Source of the DNA: an uncultured Planctomycetaceae bacterium
GTDB lineage: Bacteria > Planctomycetota > Planctomycetia > Planctomycetales > Planctomycetaceae
DNA length: 64,000 bases
Direction of reading: 5' to 3'
NCBI GenBank assembly: GCA_963976765.1
Contig: CAXBME010000005.1
Location: 248,001 to 312,000, forward strand
Within the stretch, counting starts at the first letter, position 1, and each line of letters opens with the position of its first letter. Position numbers and translations under genes: made by a program. The notes beneath the pieces were generated by a model. That model ran no database searches. It saw nothing but the letters and a program-made list of their open reading frames with translations, and was not told where the DNA came from. Shown in pieces: positions 1 through 10,080 of this stretch.

Positions 1-128
1 AACCTGCACGTCCAGCCAAGAAACACGTCTGGGTTCCGCTTGTTAAGGAATACCGCGACATTCCAGCCAAGCCAGCTTCAAAGACAGTCAAAGTGACTCC
101 ACTGAAAGCTCTGAAAGACATGGTCTAA
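1..128 (+). CDS. HU/IHF-family DNA-binding protein, 3' end only (truncated by window edge)
   Basis: Frame 3 reads PARPAKKHVWVPLVKEYRDIPAKPASKTVKVTPLKALKDMV*, matching the HU-like C-terminus (arm, IPAKP, K.LKD.V); followed by a terminator. Confidence 0.75.
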   Translation, partial: PARPAKKHVWVPLVKEYRDIPAKPASKTVKVTPLKALKDMV

Positions 129-197
129 GACCTGATCTTTTTGGGGTGTTGCTTCAGGCTCTGAACACAGGTGTCTGAAGATGACAGCCGACGAATT

Positions 198-238
198 AAA
201 AAACGCCGTGTCTCAGTAACGAGCCACGGCGTTTTTTT
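198..238. terminator. Bidirectional intrinsic terminator
   Basis: AAAAAACGCCGTG...CACGGCGTTTTTTT inverted repeat with A/T runs on both sides, between convergent genes. Confidence 0.8.
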
Positions 239-276
239 GTTGGATGCTCTGTCTCGGATAGGAATTGAATCGTGCA

Positions 277-318
277 AAAGAAAACGGCCAGCAGATCAAC
301 CGATCGGCTGGCCGAGTT
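277..318 (-). terminator. Intrinsic terminator after the DUF3467-like gene
   Basis: CGGCCAGC.GATC / GATC.GCTGGCCG hairpin followed on the minus strand by TTTTCTTTT. Confidence 0.6.
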
Positions 319-342
319 AACTTAAACAATCATCCGTCAGCT

Positions 343-744
343 TTACGTGGTCTGACGACGAACTCGACGACGAACGTCGGTTTCCAGAACGCCGAAAGCC
401 TGCTCGTGACGTTGCAGAGCCATCGAAAGGGCGCTCAACAGACGCTTGGCTGTAAAGTGGTTCATAATGATCCGCTGCGTGACCGGAACCTTGACTTCGC
501 CAGTGGCGTACGGATTCGGGTTGAGGCCCAGATCCAGAATCAGTTCTTCCGGAGTGCTCGAAACTCGGCAGAAGTTGGCGTAACCGGCAGCGACGTTTGA
601 GTCGTCGACGATCAGTGTCTGCTGTGCCTGAGCGGCTGCGGCTGCAGCCGGCGCTTCGGCCGTTGCTACTGCAGCATCGTCAGCCTTCTTGTTTTCTGCT
701 GGTGCTTCGTCTTTTTTCGCCACTGTGCTTGCTCCCTGATACAT
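343..744 (-). CDS. DUF3467-like small protein
   Basis: [19 protein letters not shown]...[14 protein letters not shown]...L.RHEQAFG is typical of DUF3467; true start may be slightly downstream (GTG). Confidence 0.75.
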   Translation of the reverse strand: MYQGASTVAKKDEAPAENKKADDAAVATAEAPAAAAAAQAQQTLIVDDSNVAAGYANFCRVSSTPEELILDLGLNPNPYATGEVKVPVTQRIIMNHFTAKRLLSALSMALQRHEQAFGVLETDVRRRVRRQTT

Positions 745-1111
745 GCGTCGCTCGCGAGAGTCGACTCAATCTGTTGCGCCCCGGCTCCAGTTAACAATCT
801 GCAGCTAAGTCAATCGGGTAACAACGGGTGAAAACTAACGCCGATTCAACAAGTGAATCAACGGCAATCCTGTTGAGTTCAAAGTTACAAACGTCCCTCA
901 CCGTAAGGGAGAGAGAAAGGGTGGAATAGGTATGGTTTCAGCCTGCGAGTTGCGGTCGAAATAGTTTACAGCAAGCGGCTGAACGCCCGGATTTCGACGA
1001 TTCGATGCAAACTGGCATCATTTATGTGCGGTATGACGACCTGCCGGGTGATTCGGTTCCCAAACTCTCCTGGTTGTAGACACAAACTGCGGATTTGAAT
1101 CGCGATGCCGG

Positions 1112-3103
1112 TCAGGCCACACGTTGAGACTTGTTCGAGTGATAGAGACGCTGATAGATCGCACAAGTTTTCAATAGTTCTTCATGAGTGCCGATCGCTG
1201 CAACGCATCCAGAATCCATCACGACGATGCGCGTGACAAGGTCAAGGAATGTGTCGTTGATGACGTGAGTAATGACGAAGACGGTGCGTCCTTTGACAAA
1301 CTGCTTCAGCACTTTATGGATGATGTGTTCGCTCTGTGAGTCGAGTGCCGAGGTCGCTTCATCAAGGATCAGGATTGATGGATCGCGCAGGATTGCTCGT
1401 GCCAGTGCGATTCGTTGACGCTGCCCGCCGGATAGCTTCTGCCCTTTTTCGCCAATCTGCGTCGCAAAGCCGGCTGGAAGGTGGGAGACAAACGGAATCA
1501 CGTGAGCCTGCTTGGCGGCCTCTTCGACTTCTTCCCAGGTTGCATCAGGTTTGCTGTATTTGATGTTCTCAGCAATCGTATCGTCGAAGAGTTGAGTTTC
1601 CTGCGTCACGATACCGATCTGGCTGCGCAGATCATGACTTCGAATCTGCCGCACATCGACACCGTCAATCAGCACCGCTCCCTGATCAGGATCCATGAAC
1701 CGGGGCAGCATGTTCAGCAGCGTTGACTTGCCAGAACCGTTTTCGCCGATGACGGCGACGACTTCGCCTGCCGGAACGGTAACGCTGACATTTCGCAGTG
1801 CTGGCGGTCGAGCGTTTCCATCGACGGCCTCCTGCGAATAGGTGAATGAGACGTTTTCGAAGCGGATATCTCTGCTGTGTCGACCGACAATTTGAGGTTC
1901 TTTGGGCTCTGGGACTTTGGTCTTTTCATTCAGAATTTCGAAAATCCGGTCTGACGCGGCGGCTGATCGCTTGAGGTCGCCATAGACTGACGACAGTTTT
2001 CTGACCGAGTCGAGCGTTCCGGCCAGCAGTGCGTAGAGCGCGGAAAGCTGTGCAATATCCATTGCCCCTGGCGCAAGTTTCACTCCCCAGATTTCGTCGG
2101 TACCTCGCAGGACGAGATAGGTTCCCGGAATGACGGCAGAAAGAACAGCAATCGTGCCCATGAGTTCCGTTGTCGGACGGGCGAGGGCACTCAATCGAAT
2201 AACCTTCATCGATTTGTTGAGGTACTCTTTGTTCGACAAATGAAACTGTCGACGGTGTCGCCGAGCAGCTCCAAAAGCAATCACAACCTTCAGCGAATCG
2301 AACGTCTCTGAAAGACCTTTATAGATTCCCGACATGCTGTGCAGCGTGCCTTTTGATGCTTTCTTCAGGCTCTTGCCAAACTTTGCGAACAGCAGGCCGA
2401 TGCACGGCACGACAAGCAGAGACAGCAGCGTCAATCGCCAGTTAAGGACAAACGCAAAGGCGATGCACCCTCCCGCTTTCAGGGGTTCCCGGACGAGTCG
2501 GACCAGAACTGTTCGCAGGCCGACCGCCAGGGTCTCGACGTCGTTCGTGATTCGGGACATCAGATTTGCGGGGCCTGCCGCAGCGATTGTCTGATAATCC
2601 AGCGACAGCGCATGTCGGAAACATTTCTTGCGAACATCGACAATGACGCGATTGACAATGCCTCCAACCAGAACTTCCTGCAGATAGATGAAGATTCCCT
2701 TCAGCAAAGTGGCGAACAGAAAGCAGCCAAAAATAAGGGCAATTGTGTCGAACCGATCGGCGGGGACGTAGGGCAGAGCGTACTTCTTTGTTGTTGCCAG
2801 TAGTGCCAGTTGTCGTGTCGTGTCGCTCAGATGACGCTGTGCTCGGGCTCGACGTTCGACGTCGCCGGTTGGCATCTGGTCGATAACCGATTTGCGATGT
2901 TCGATCTCGGTTTGCGTCAGCTCAATCTGCTCGTCGACGTACTGATGCAGGTTCTTATCCTGAAACAGGACGCGCACCATCGGCAGGACGGTCGATAGAT
3001 TCCCCGCCCACAAGATCGAGATAAAGATTGCGCAGATGATCGAAAGGACGGCCATACGTCGGTACGGCCACACATACGGGAACAGGCGACTTGCAGTTTC
3101 CAC
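1112..3103 (-). CDS. ABC exporter, fused TMD-NBD (MsbA-like)
   Basis: N-terminal TM helices; Walker A GENGSGKS, signature LSGGQRQR, Walker B ILILDEATSALD. Confidence 0.92.
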   Translation of the reverse strand: METASRLFPYVWPYRRMAVLSIICAIFISILWAGNLSTVLPMVRVLFQDKNLHQYVDEQIELTQTEIEHRKSVIDQMPTGDVERRARAQRHLSDTTRQLALLATTKKYALPYVPADRFDTIALIFGCFLFATLLKGIFIYLQEVLVGGIVNRVIVDVRKKCFRHALSLDYQTIAAAGPANLMSRITNDVETLAVGLRTVLVRLVREPLKAGGCIAFAFVLNWRLTLLSLLVVPCIGLLFAKFGKSLKKASKGTLHSMSGIYKGLSETFDSLKVVIAFGAARRHRRQFHLSNKEYLNKSMKVIRLSALARPTTELMGTIAVLSAVIPGTYLVLRGTDEIWGVKLAPGAMDIAQLSALYALLAGTLDSVRKLSSVYGDLKRSAAASDRIFEILNEKTKVPEPKEPQIVGRHSRDIRFENVSFTYSQEAVDGNARPPALRNVSVTVPAGEVVAVIGENGSGKSTLLNMLPRFMDPDQGAVLIDGVDVRQIRSHDLRSQIGIVTQETQLFDDTIAENIKYSKPDATWEEVEEAAKQAHVIPFVSHLPAGFATQIGEKGQKLSGGQRQRIALARAILRDPSILILDEATSALDSQSEHIIHKVLKQFVKGRTVFVITHVINDTFLDLVTRIVVMDSGCVAAIGTHEELLKTCAIYQRLYHSNKSQRVA

Positions 3104-3264
3104 TCAGTAGCTCCAGCATCCATGCGGGCGGATCTCGAACCTTCCAGGCCGAGCAAGGCCACGCATTAAAAGCGGCGAGCGAAAACGTGTCTATACGAGT
3201 CCGGCGGGAGGGCAGCCAGAAGCTGGAAATAGCCCGACGTTCCGGCAGCAGTCGGGTGAGGTAT

Positions 3265-5067
3265 CTATTCGTCCTTGCCCGAATCAAGGACTGAGAGGAA
3301 CGCTTTCTGCGGAATTTCGACCTCGCCGAACTGCTTCAGGCGTTTCTTGCCTTCCTTCTGCTTGGCCCAGAGTTTTTTCTTGCGTGAAATGTCGCCACCG
3401 TAGCATTTGGCGGTGACATTCTTTTTAAGCGCGGAGATTGTCTCGCGCGCGATGACTCGCATCCCGATTGCAGCCTGCAACGCAATTTCGAACTGGTGCT
3501 TCGATATTTCGCCTTTGAGTCGCTTGACCAGCGCCCGGCCTCGGCGTTCGGAGTTGTCCCGGTGAACAATCGTGGACAGAGCGTCGACTCGATTTCCTTT
3601 GACCAGAACGTCCATTTTGACAAGGTCTGCGGGGCGGAAACCGATGATTTCGTAGTCCATCGTGCCATAACCGCGAGTCGCACTTTTCAGACGATCGTGC
3701 ATGTCGTAAATGACTTCGGCCAGCGGCAAATTGTACGTGACCTGAGCGCGGTTAGTGCCGAGATACTCGGTCCCGATGTAGATGCCGCGACGGTCTTCGC
3801 AAAGCTGCAGAATCACGCCAATGTTCTCTGCTGGAACGATGAAGGTCACTTTCGCAATCGGTTCGCGAAACTCGTCGATCTGTCCAGAATCGGGGACTTC
3901 CTGAGGATTGTCGATCTGCTTGACTTCGCCCGTCTTCAGTTTCAGCTCGTACGTTACGTTTGGCGCCGTTTGAATCAGGTCGATCTCGGCTTCGTTTTCC
4001 AGTCGCTGCTGGATGATCTCCATGTGAAGCATGCCGAGGAAACCACAACGGAATCCAAACCCGAGCGCATCGCTGGTTTCCGGCAGGAAGGAAAAACTGG
4101 CATCGTTCAGAGCCATCTTCTGCAATTCGGCGCGCAGCTTTTCGAAATCGGTTGCGTCGATCGGATACATTCCGCAGAACACCATCTGTTGCGGAGTCGC
4201 GTAGCCTGGCAAAGCTTTCGTCGCAGGGTTTGATCGGCTGGTCACCGTGTCGCCAACGTGAACCATGCTCAGCTCTTTGATCCCGCAAAGCATGTATCCA
4301 ACCTGGCCTGGGCCGAGTTCGTCACAAGGTTTCATGCCTGGGCGGAACTGACCGAGTTCCAGAACTTCATGAACCGATCCGCCCTTCATGTACTGGATTT
4401 GCTGCCCTTTGCGGACGGTGCCTTCCTTGACTCGCAGATAGGTAATGACGCCTCGAAAACCGTCGTACTTACTGTCAAACACCAGCGCTTGCAGCGGGTT
4501 GTCGGCCTTTCCCGAGGGCGGTGGAACCTGCTTGACGATGGCTTCCAGAACGTCATTGACATTGAGTCCGGTTTTGGCGCTGACCAGAATCGAGCTGAGA
4601 CCATCCAGCCCCAGAATGGTTTCGATTTCTTCCATGACCTCCTCGATGCGCACCACCGGCAGGTCAATCTTGTTGATGACCGGGACGATTTCGAGATCGG
4701 CTTCAATCGCCGCGTAGGTATTGGCGACGGTCTGAGCCTGGACTCCCTGGAAAGCGTCGACCAGCAGCAGCGCGCCTTCGCAGGCTGCGAGACTGCGTGA
4801 AACTTCGTAGTGAAAGTCAACGTGGCCGGGCGTGTCGATCAGATTCAGCTCGTACGTCTTACCTTCGTACTTGAAATAAATCGCGACGGTACGGGCCTTG
4901 ACCGTAATGCCCCGTTCCCGCTCGACGTCCAGGTCGTCCAGAATCTGTTCTTTGAATTCCCGCTGAGTGATCGCTCCCGTCTGAAGCAGAAACTGATCGG
5001 CCAGCGTGCTCTTGCCGTGGTCAATGTGGGCAACGATCGAGAAGTTGCGAATTAACGAGGTATCCAT
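3265..5067 (-). CDS. lepA: Translation elongation factor 4 (LepA)
   Basis: IRNFSIVAHIDHGKSTLAD, ERERGITVKA, DTPGHVDF, GFRCGFLGMLHMEI, KCYGGDISRKKKL; 600 aa. Confidence 0.98.
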   Translation of the reverse strand: MDTSLIRNFSIVAHIDHGKSTLADQFLLQTGAITQREFKEQILDDLDVERERGITVKARTVAIYFKYEGKTYELNLIDTPGHVDFHYEVSRSLAACEGALLLVDAFQGVQAQTVANTYAAIEADLEIVPVINKIDLPVVRIEEVMEEIETILGLDGLSSILVSAKTGLNVNDVLEAIVKQVPPPSGKADNPLQALVFDSKYDGFRGVITYLRVKEGTVRKGQQIQYMKGGSVHEVLELGQFRPGMKPCDELGPGQVGYMLCGIKELSMVHVGDTVTSRSNPATKALPGYATPQQMVFCGMYPIDATDFEKLRAELQKMALNDASFSFLPETSDALGFGFRCGFLGMLHMEIIQQRLENEAEIDLIQTAPNVTYELKLKTGEVKQIDNPQEVPDSGQIDEFREPIAKVTFIVPAENIGVILQLCEDRRGIYIGTEYLGTNRAQVTYNLPLAEVIYDMHDRLKSATRGYGTMDYEIIGFRPADLVKMDVLVKGNRVDALSTIVHRDNSERRGRALVKRLKGEISKHQFEIALQAAIGMRVIARETISALKKNVTAKCYGGDISRKKKLWAKQKEGKKRLKQFGEVEIPQKAFLSVLDSGKDE

Positions 5068-5584
5068 AGACGGGTAGCCAGTAACGCGGTGAGAAGAACG
5101 CCGAGTCGATTATGCGAGGTCGACAGGAGGGCGGGAAAGTAGCACGAATCGTCTTTCGGTTGTTCAACGGGAAGGCATTATGACCAGGGAGCTGAACAGC
5201 GACCGAAAACCGTCTGCAGAGTCTGGAGTTTTCAACCTCTCTGCTGAGAGGCGAATGTTAACGACAGCGAAGTAGCCGGTCGACGGATTTCCCACTTCAC
5301 AGCCGCAATCCATTCAGAAGGTGACAGAATTTCGACAGAACTAACCGATTCTGACCGTCGCAAGAGCGACCTGCAGCTCACTTTTGCGCTGTATGAAGCG
5401 GGCGTTGCGACGATGAAGCAGAACCTGCTGAGGCGGCGTCCCGATGCGACGGAAGCGGAGCGGCGCGAAATGTTGCAAGCCCGGCTGCTGAACACTCCGC
5501 TGCAGGGAGTCCCATTTGAAGCACGGGACAGGCCGGAGACCGCCGCCGGATGATCCTGCTTTCTGCAGCCTTCGCGAGAACGAT

Positions 5585-6214
5585 TCACGGATAAAGCATC
5601 TGCTTTGTCCACGTTTTACCGTCGGCTTCGTAGACAAAGCGTTCGTGGAGGCGGCCTTCGCGACCAGACCAGAGTTCGATTCGGTGCGGGATAACGCGGT
5701 ACCCGAACCAGTGTGGCGGACGCGAGACGTCCTGTCCTTCAAATCGTTTTTCAATCTCGGCGACCCGTGCCATGAATTCGTCGCGACCGGACAGTGGCCG
5801 AGACTGGTCCGACGCCCAGGCGCCAATCTGGCTCAGGCGGGCGCGAGTTCTCCAGTACCTGTCAGATTCAGAGTCAGAAATCACTTCGACGCGACCTTCG
5901 ACATGCACCTGCTCGGCCCACGCGTCCCAGAAAAATGTCAGAGCCACCTGAGGATTGCCAGCCATCTGAGTGCCCTTGCGACTTTGCGAGTTCGTGAAAA
6001 AAACGAAGCCGCGTTCGTCGATGCCTCGCAGCAGAACCGTTCGAATGGACGGCTGTCCGTTCGCGTTGACGGTGGCCAGGCTCATGGCCGATGGCTCCCG
6101 CACGCCGAGTTCCGCCGTACGAGCGTGCTTTTCCCGGAACGTGTTGATCGCTTCAAGATAGAGCGGGTCATAGCTGTCGTTTGATTTTGAAGATTCTGCA
6201 GACTCAATCGTCAT
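5585..6214 (-). CDS. pdxH: Pyridoxamine 5'-phosphate oxidase
   Basis: EPSAMSLATV, RTVLLRG, FFTNSQSRKG, SQIGAWASDQS, RPPHWFGY, RLHERF, C-terminal LYP. Confidence 0.95.
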   Translation of the reverse strand: MTIESAESSKSNDSYDPLYLEAINTFREKHARTAELGVREPSAMSLATVNANGQPSIRTVLLRGIDERGFVFFTNSQSRKGTQMAGNPQVALTFFWDAWAEQVHVEGRVEVISDSESDRYWRTRARLSQIGAWASDQSRPLSGRDEFMARVAEIEKRFEGQDVSRPPHWFGYRVIPHRIELWSGREGRLHERFVYEADGKTWTKQMLYP

Positions 6215-6222
6215 CGAAATTC

Positions 6223-6723
6223 TCAGTCCTCATATTTGCGGGTATCGACTTCGGCGTAGGATTCCAGTGCGGTCAGCATTCGCTCCAGCAGGGCAACCAT
6301 TTTCGGCAGGTCGGTTTCCAGCAGACGTTCGAGCTGGCTCATCCGCCCGCGAAATTCGTCCGCTTCGTGCCGCACCTTGATGCACATCGCTTTGACGATT
6401 CGCATCTTCTCCTGGCAGTAGGCGAGGCGGTCCTTAGCATCTCGAAGTGCCTGCTTTTCTTCAATCAGCGACGGACGATAGTCGTCCATCGATTTCCGCA
6501 TTCGCGCGCCCTCGAGTGCGATTCTCGCTTCAGAAATCTGATCGAGAGCCTGCAGTTCCTGCTGGTGCCAGTGCCTGGGACGATCATTTTCCATCCACTC
6601 CAGAGCCGAGTAAACCTGCTCCTGCATTGATGTCAGTGCATCGCTGACGTTCTGCTGAAACGTCAGCAGAGCTACGCGGAAATCGCGAACTGCTTCGATG
6701 GATCGGACATTGGCGGTCGACAT
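6223..6723 (-). CDS. Helical WXG100-like partner protein
   Basis: 166-aa predicted all-helical/coiled-coil protein (ANVRSIEAVRDFR..L..F; central W) directly downstream of the WXG100-like gene. Confidence 0.65.
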   Translation of the reverse strand: MSTANVRSIEAVRDFRVALLTFQQNVSDALTSMQEQVYSALEWMENDRPRHWHQQELQALDQISEARIALEGARMRKSMDDYRPSLIEEKQALRDAKDRLAYCQEKMRIVKAMCIKVRHEADEFRGRMSQLERLLETDLPKMVALLERMLTALESYAEVDTRKYED

Positions 6724-6786
6724 GGGGCAATCGATCAAGGGAATACGGCGGAGTGTGTTACGGGCAGCGGCGGGGGAGCACGCGGA

Positions 6787-7059
6787 TCAACGCTGCTGAA
6801 GGTATTCTTCGATCCGCTCGGCTTTGCGGAGCAGATACGGAATGTGGTCGTTGTTCGATTCGACGAAGCGAGCCAGTAGTCGCATATGCTGTTCAAACTG
6901 CTCGCAGAACTTCTTGTTTTCCTGATCCCGCCAGGTGTTGCTGACCGTTGCTAACTGGTTGGCCAGAGCTGTTGATTGTTCAAGCAGTCCCTCGTTGAAT
7001 TTCTTCAGCGTCTGGGCAAACTGCCGGAGTTGCACCGGATCAACAATTGCTTGAGCCAT
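6787..7059 (-). CDS. WXG100-family (ESAT-6-like) protein
   Basis: 90 aa from ATG 7059 with GAGGT RBS; MAQAIVDP..LRQFA..LK.F, central W-R-D turn, helix-turn-helix hairpin pattern. Confidence 0.8.
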   Translation of the reverse strand: MAQAIVDPVQLRQFAQTLKKFNEGLLEQSTALANQLATVSNTWRDQENKKFCEQFEQHMRLLARFVESNNDHIPYLLRKAERIEEYLQQR

Positions 7060-7324
7060 GTCGCTACCTCGTGGAAAGTTGTCTGAGTCACATTGTTCAG
7101 ATTCTCGCGCTGAGCAGCCATCGACGCAAGGAGCGTCACACTCAGCCAGACTTGCAGGTACCTGTTCTGCCGGGTGAAGTCCGTCGACGATCGGTCGCAA
7201 AGCCGTCATCATTCAGCTGGAACACGCATACTCCTGCGTATTCAGGCTGGATACGAATTCTGGCTTGAGCTCTCAACTCAGAGTTTCCGTTGCTCACTCT
7301 CAAACAAAGAGCCATTCGACGTCT

Positions 7325-8566
7325 ATGAGCCGCCTTTTAAGAGTTGCTGTCCTGATCGAATCATCCCGCGCTTTGGGCCGAGGAATGATCGAAGGCATTG
7401 CCAGCTATAGTCGCCTGCACGGCCCGTGGTCGATGTATTTCGAACCGCAAGGACTGGGCGCCGCTCCACCCGAATGGTTATCGACATGGGATGGTGACGG
7501 GATTCTGGCACGCATTGATGATCAGGTCATGGCAGACGCTGTGCTGGCCACCGGTTTGCCGGCGATTGATCTTCGCGGCCGATTGCCTGAACTCGATTTG
7601 CCCTTCATTGGCGGCAACAACGAATCGATCACGCGGCTGGCGTTCGAACATTTACGTGATCGCGGCTTGAGGCAGTTTGCGTTCTGCGGAGTTCCTTCCG
7701 GACAGATGAGGACACTGGATCTTCGACGCGCCCATTTCATACAGCACGTCGAGGCTGCGGGATTCTCGTGCGACGTCTACACCGGTGAGCCGGTTGGCAG
7801 GTCGAAATCGCGGCGAAAACCATCTCGTCAAAACGCCGACGCCGGAACGCCGGGGATCCCCGCAGCCGACTTCGGCAACCGAGGCTGGGAAGAAGAACAG
7901 ACGGACCTTGCGGACTGGGTAAAGTCGCTCCCGAAACCGGTCGGCATCATGGCCTGTCATGACCCGCGAGGTTACCAGCTTGTCGACGCCTGCCGACGTG
8001 CAGCGGTGCAGGTGCCTGACCAGGTCGCCATCGTTGCCGTCGACAACGACCCGGTCCTGTGTCTGATGGCCAACCCGCCAATGACAAGTATCGACACAGA
8101 CGGGATCCGCATTGGGTACGAGGCGGCGTCGCGACTCCATCACATGATGATCGGCGAGACAGACTCTGCAGCTCCGATGTTGCTGGAACCAAAGAAACTG
8201 GTGGCTCGACGCTCATCAGACATGCTGGCGATCGACGACCCCGACATCGCCAAAGCCGTCCGTTTCATTCGCGACCACGCCTGCGACGGAATTCGCGTCG
8301 ACGCCGTCGTCCGGCATGTTGCCATGTCGCGCAGCGTCTTTGAGCGGCGTTTCAAAAAGATCCTCGGCAGGACTCCGAAAGCGGAATTGCTGCGAATTCA
8401 AGTCGAGCGTTCGCGACAACTTCTGACCGAAACGGATCTCGGCCTGGCAGCGATCGCCGACCAGGTTGGATTCTCCAACGAAAAATACTTCAGCGATGCC
8501 TTCTTCCGGCAGACGAAACAACGCCCCACTGACTTCCGAAAAGAGTCTCGCCCTGCTTCCCGGTGA
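7325..8566 (+). CDS. XylR-type transcriptional regulator (periplasmic-binding-protein-like sensor + AraC HTH)
   Basis: VAVLIESSRALGRGMIEGI, WDGDGILARI, LPKPVGIMAC.D, VPDQVAIVAVDND, C-terminal AraC double HTH. Confidence 0.9.
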   Translation: MSRLLRVAVLIESSRALGRGMIEGIASYSRLHGPWSMYFEPQGLGAAPPEWLSTWDGDGILARIDDQVMADAVLATGLPAIDLRGRLPELDLPFIGGNNESITRLAFEHLRDRGLRQFAFCGVPSGQMRTLDLRRAHFIQHVEAAGFSCDVYTGEPVGRSKSRRKPSRQNADAGTPGIPAADFGNRGWEEEQTDLADWVKSLPKPVGIMACHDPRGYQLVDACRRAAVQVPDQVAIVAVDNDPVLCLMANPPMTSIDTDGIRIGYEAASRLHHMMIGETDSAAPMLLEPKKLVARRSSDMLAIDDPDIAKAVRFIRDHACDGIRVDAVVRHVAMSRSVFERRFKKILGRTPKAELLRIQVERSRQLLTETDLGLAAIADQVGFSNEKYFSDAFFRQTKQRPTDFRKESRPASR

Positions 8567-8828
8567 GTATCAGGATACGATGCGATTCAGAACGTCGAAC
8601 GAGTCCATGGAAGCAGAACAGGCACCTCGGGATCCGTGCTCGCCCTCTCAATCATTTTCGTGTTGTCCGTGAATTTCGTGCATTAATCCTGATCCTTGCG
8701 ATTCTCTGATTCCTCAGAGCTATGCACATGCTTGAACTGCCGATCGTGTTTCACCATTCTGCGACTTTCAAAGGTGCGAATTTCTCGCCAATCGGACTTT
8801 CAACGAATTCACCAGCAGGAAGCACGCC

Positions 8829-10073
8829 ATGATGCGTTTGACATTGCTCTCCGTTGTGACCGGCATCGCTTTCAGTGCGAACCTGGTGTCCGCCGAAAAC
8901 TGGTCGCGATTTCGAGGTGACAACGGTGTCGGCATCAGCGATCAGAAGGGGATCCCGACGAGCTGGAGTGATGGCAACTACAAATGGAACATCGAGCTGC
9001 CTGGAGTTGGACACGCGGCTCCGATCGTTTGGGACAACAATCTATTTGTGACCGCCGCGACTGATCATGGATTTATCCGGCGGCTGCTTTGTCTGGACCC
9101 GGCGACGGGGAAGGAAAAGTGGACTCGCGAAATCGCGATGAGTGACAGTCACAAACACAGTAAGAGCAGCTGGGCATCCAGCACGCCGGTGACCGATGGC
9201 AAGCTTGTTTACGTCGCCTTCGCAGACATCGAGCGGTACCTCGTCAGCGCCTACGATTTCGACGGAAACCTTGCCTGGCGACGCAGCCTTGGCACGTTTG
9301 AAAGCCAGCACAACCTCGGAGTGTCACTCGCACTCTTTGACGGAATGCTCATTTGCCCGAACGATCAGATGGGGCCCAGTCGGATCGTTGCTCTTGACGC
9401 CGCAACCGGAAAAACCAGATGGAGCACCGTTCGAGACCACCGCAAAACATCCTACGCGACTCCGATCATCGTTCCGGATAAAGACGGCAAGCCGCAGCTC
9501 ATCTGTGTCAGCGGAAACATGGGCATCACCAGCCTGAACCCGTACACCGGCGTCATGAACTGGCAGGGGCAATCGTTCCCGCTGCGAACGGTCGCGTCCC
9601 CTGTTTACGGAAATGGTCTGCTGATCGCTTCATGTGGACAGGGCGGGCGATACGGAGTTCAACAGATGGCCGTCAGCCTGAACGGCGATCTTGACGAAGA
9701 CGGTCGAGCGAAGATCGTCTGGGAACGAACAAAGGTCATTCCCTACGTGCCGACTCCGGTTGTGTACGACGGGCATCTTTACGAGTGGAGCGACGAAGGG
9801 ATCTGCGCCTGCGTTGACTTGAGCACTGGCAAAGACATCTGGGTCAAAAGACTTGGAGGCAACTACAGCGGCTCGCCGATCTGCATCGACGGAAAACTGT
9901 ACTGCATCGCCGAAGATGGCGAAGTCGTCGTAATCGCCGCTTCACCCGAGTTCAAAGAACTGGGGCGAACTCCGCTGGGCGACCCCAGCCACTCGACGCC
10001 AGCCATCGCCAACGGTCGACTGTTCCTGCGATCGTTTCATCGACTCGCCTGCCTGGAAGCTCAGAGCGAATAG
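8829..10073 (+). CDS. Secreted PQQ-like beta-propeller protein (BamB-like, planctomycete-expanded family)
   Basis: Signal peptide, ENWSRFRG..G.G, repeated LD..TGK.KW, S(Y)ATP and SP motifs. Confidence 0.88.
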   Translation: MMRLTLLSVVTGIAFSANLVSAENWSRFRGDNGVGISDQKGIPTSWSDGNYKWNIELPGVGHAAPIVWDNNLFVTAATDHGFIRRLLCLDPATGKEKWTREIAMSDSHKHSKSSWASSTPVTDGKLVYVAFADIERYLVSAYDFDGNLAWRRSLGTFESQHNLGVSLALFDGMLICPNDQMGPSRIVALDAATGKTRWSTVRDHRKTSYATPIIVPDKDGKPQLICVSGNMGITSLNPYTGVMNWQGQSFPLRTVASPVYGNGLLIASCGQGGRYGVQQMAVSLNGDLDEDGRAKIVWERTKVIPYVPTPVVYDGHLYEWSDEGICACVDLSTGKDIWVKRLGGNYSGSPICIDGKLYCIAEDGEVVVIAASPEFKELGRTPLGDPSHSTPAIANGRLFLRSFHRLACLEAQSE

Positions 10074-10080
10074 AATCCCC

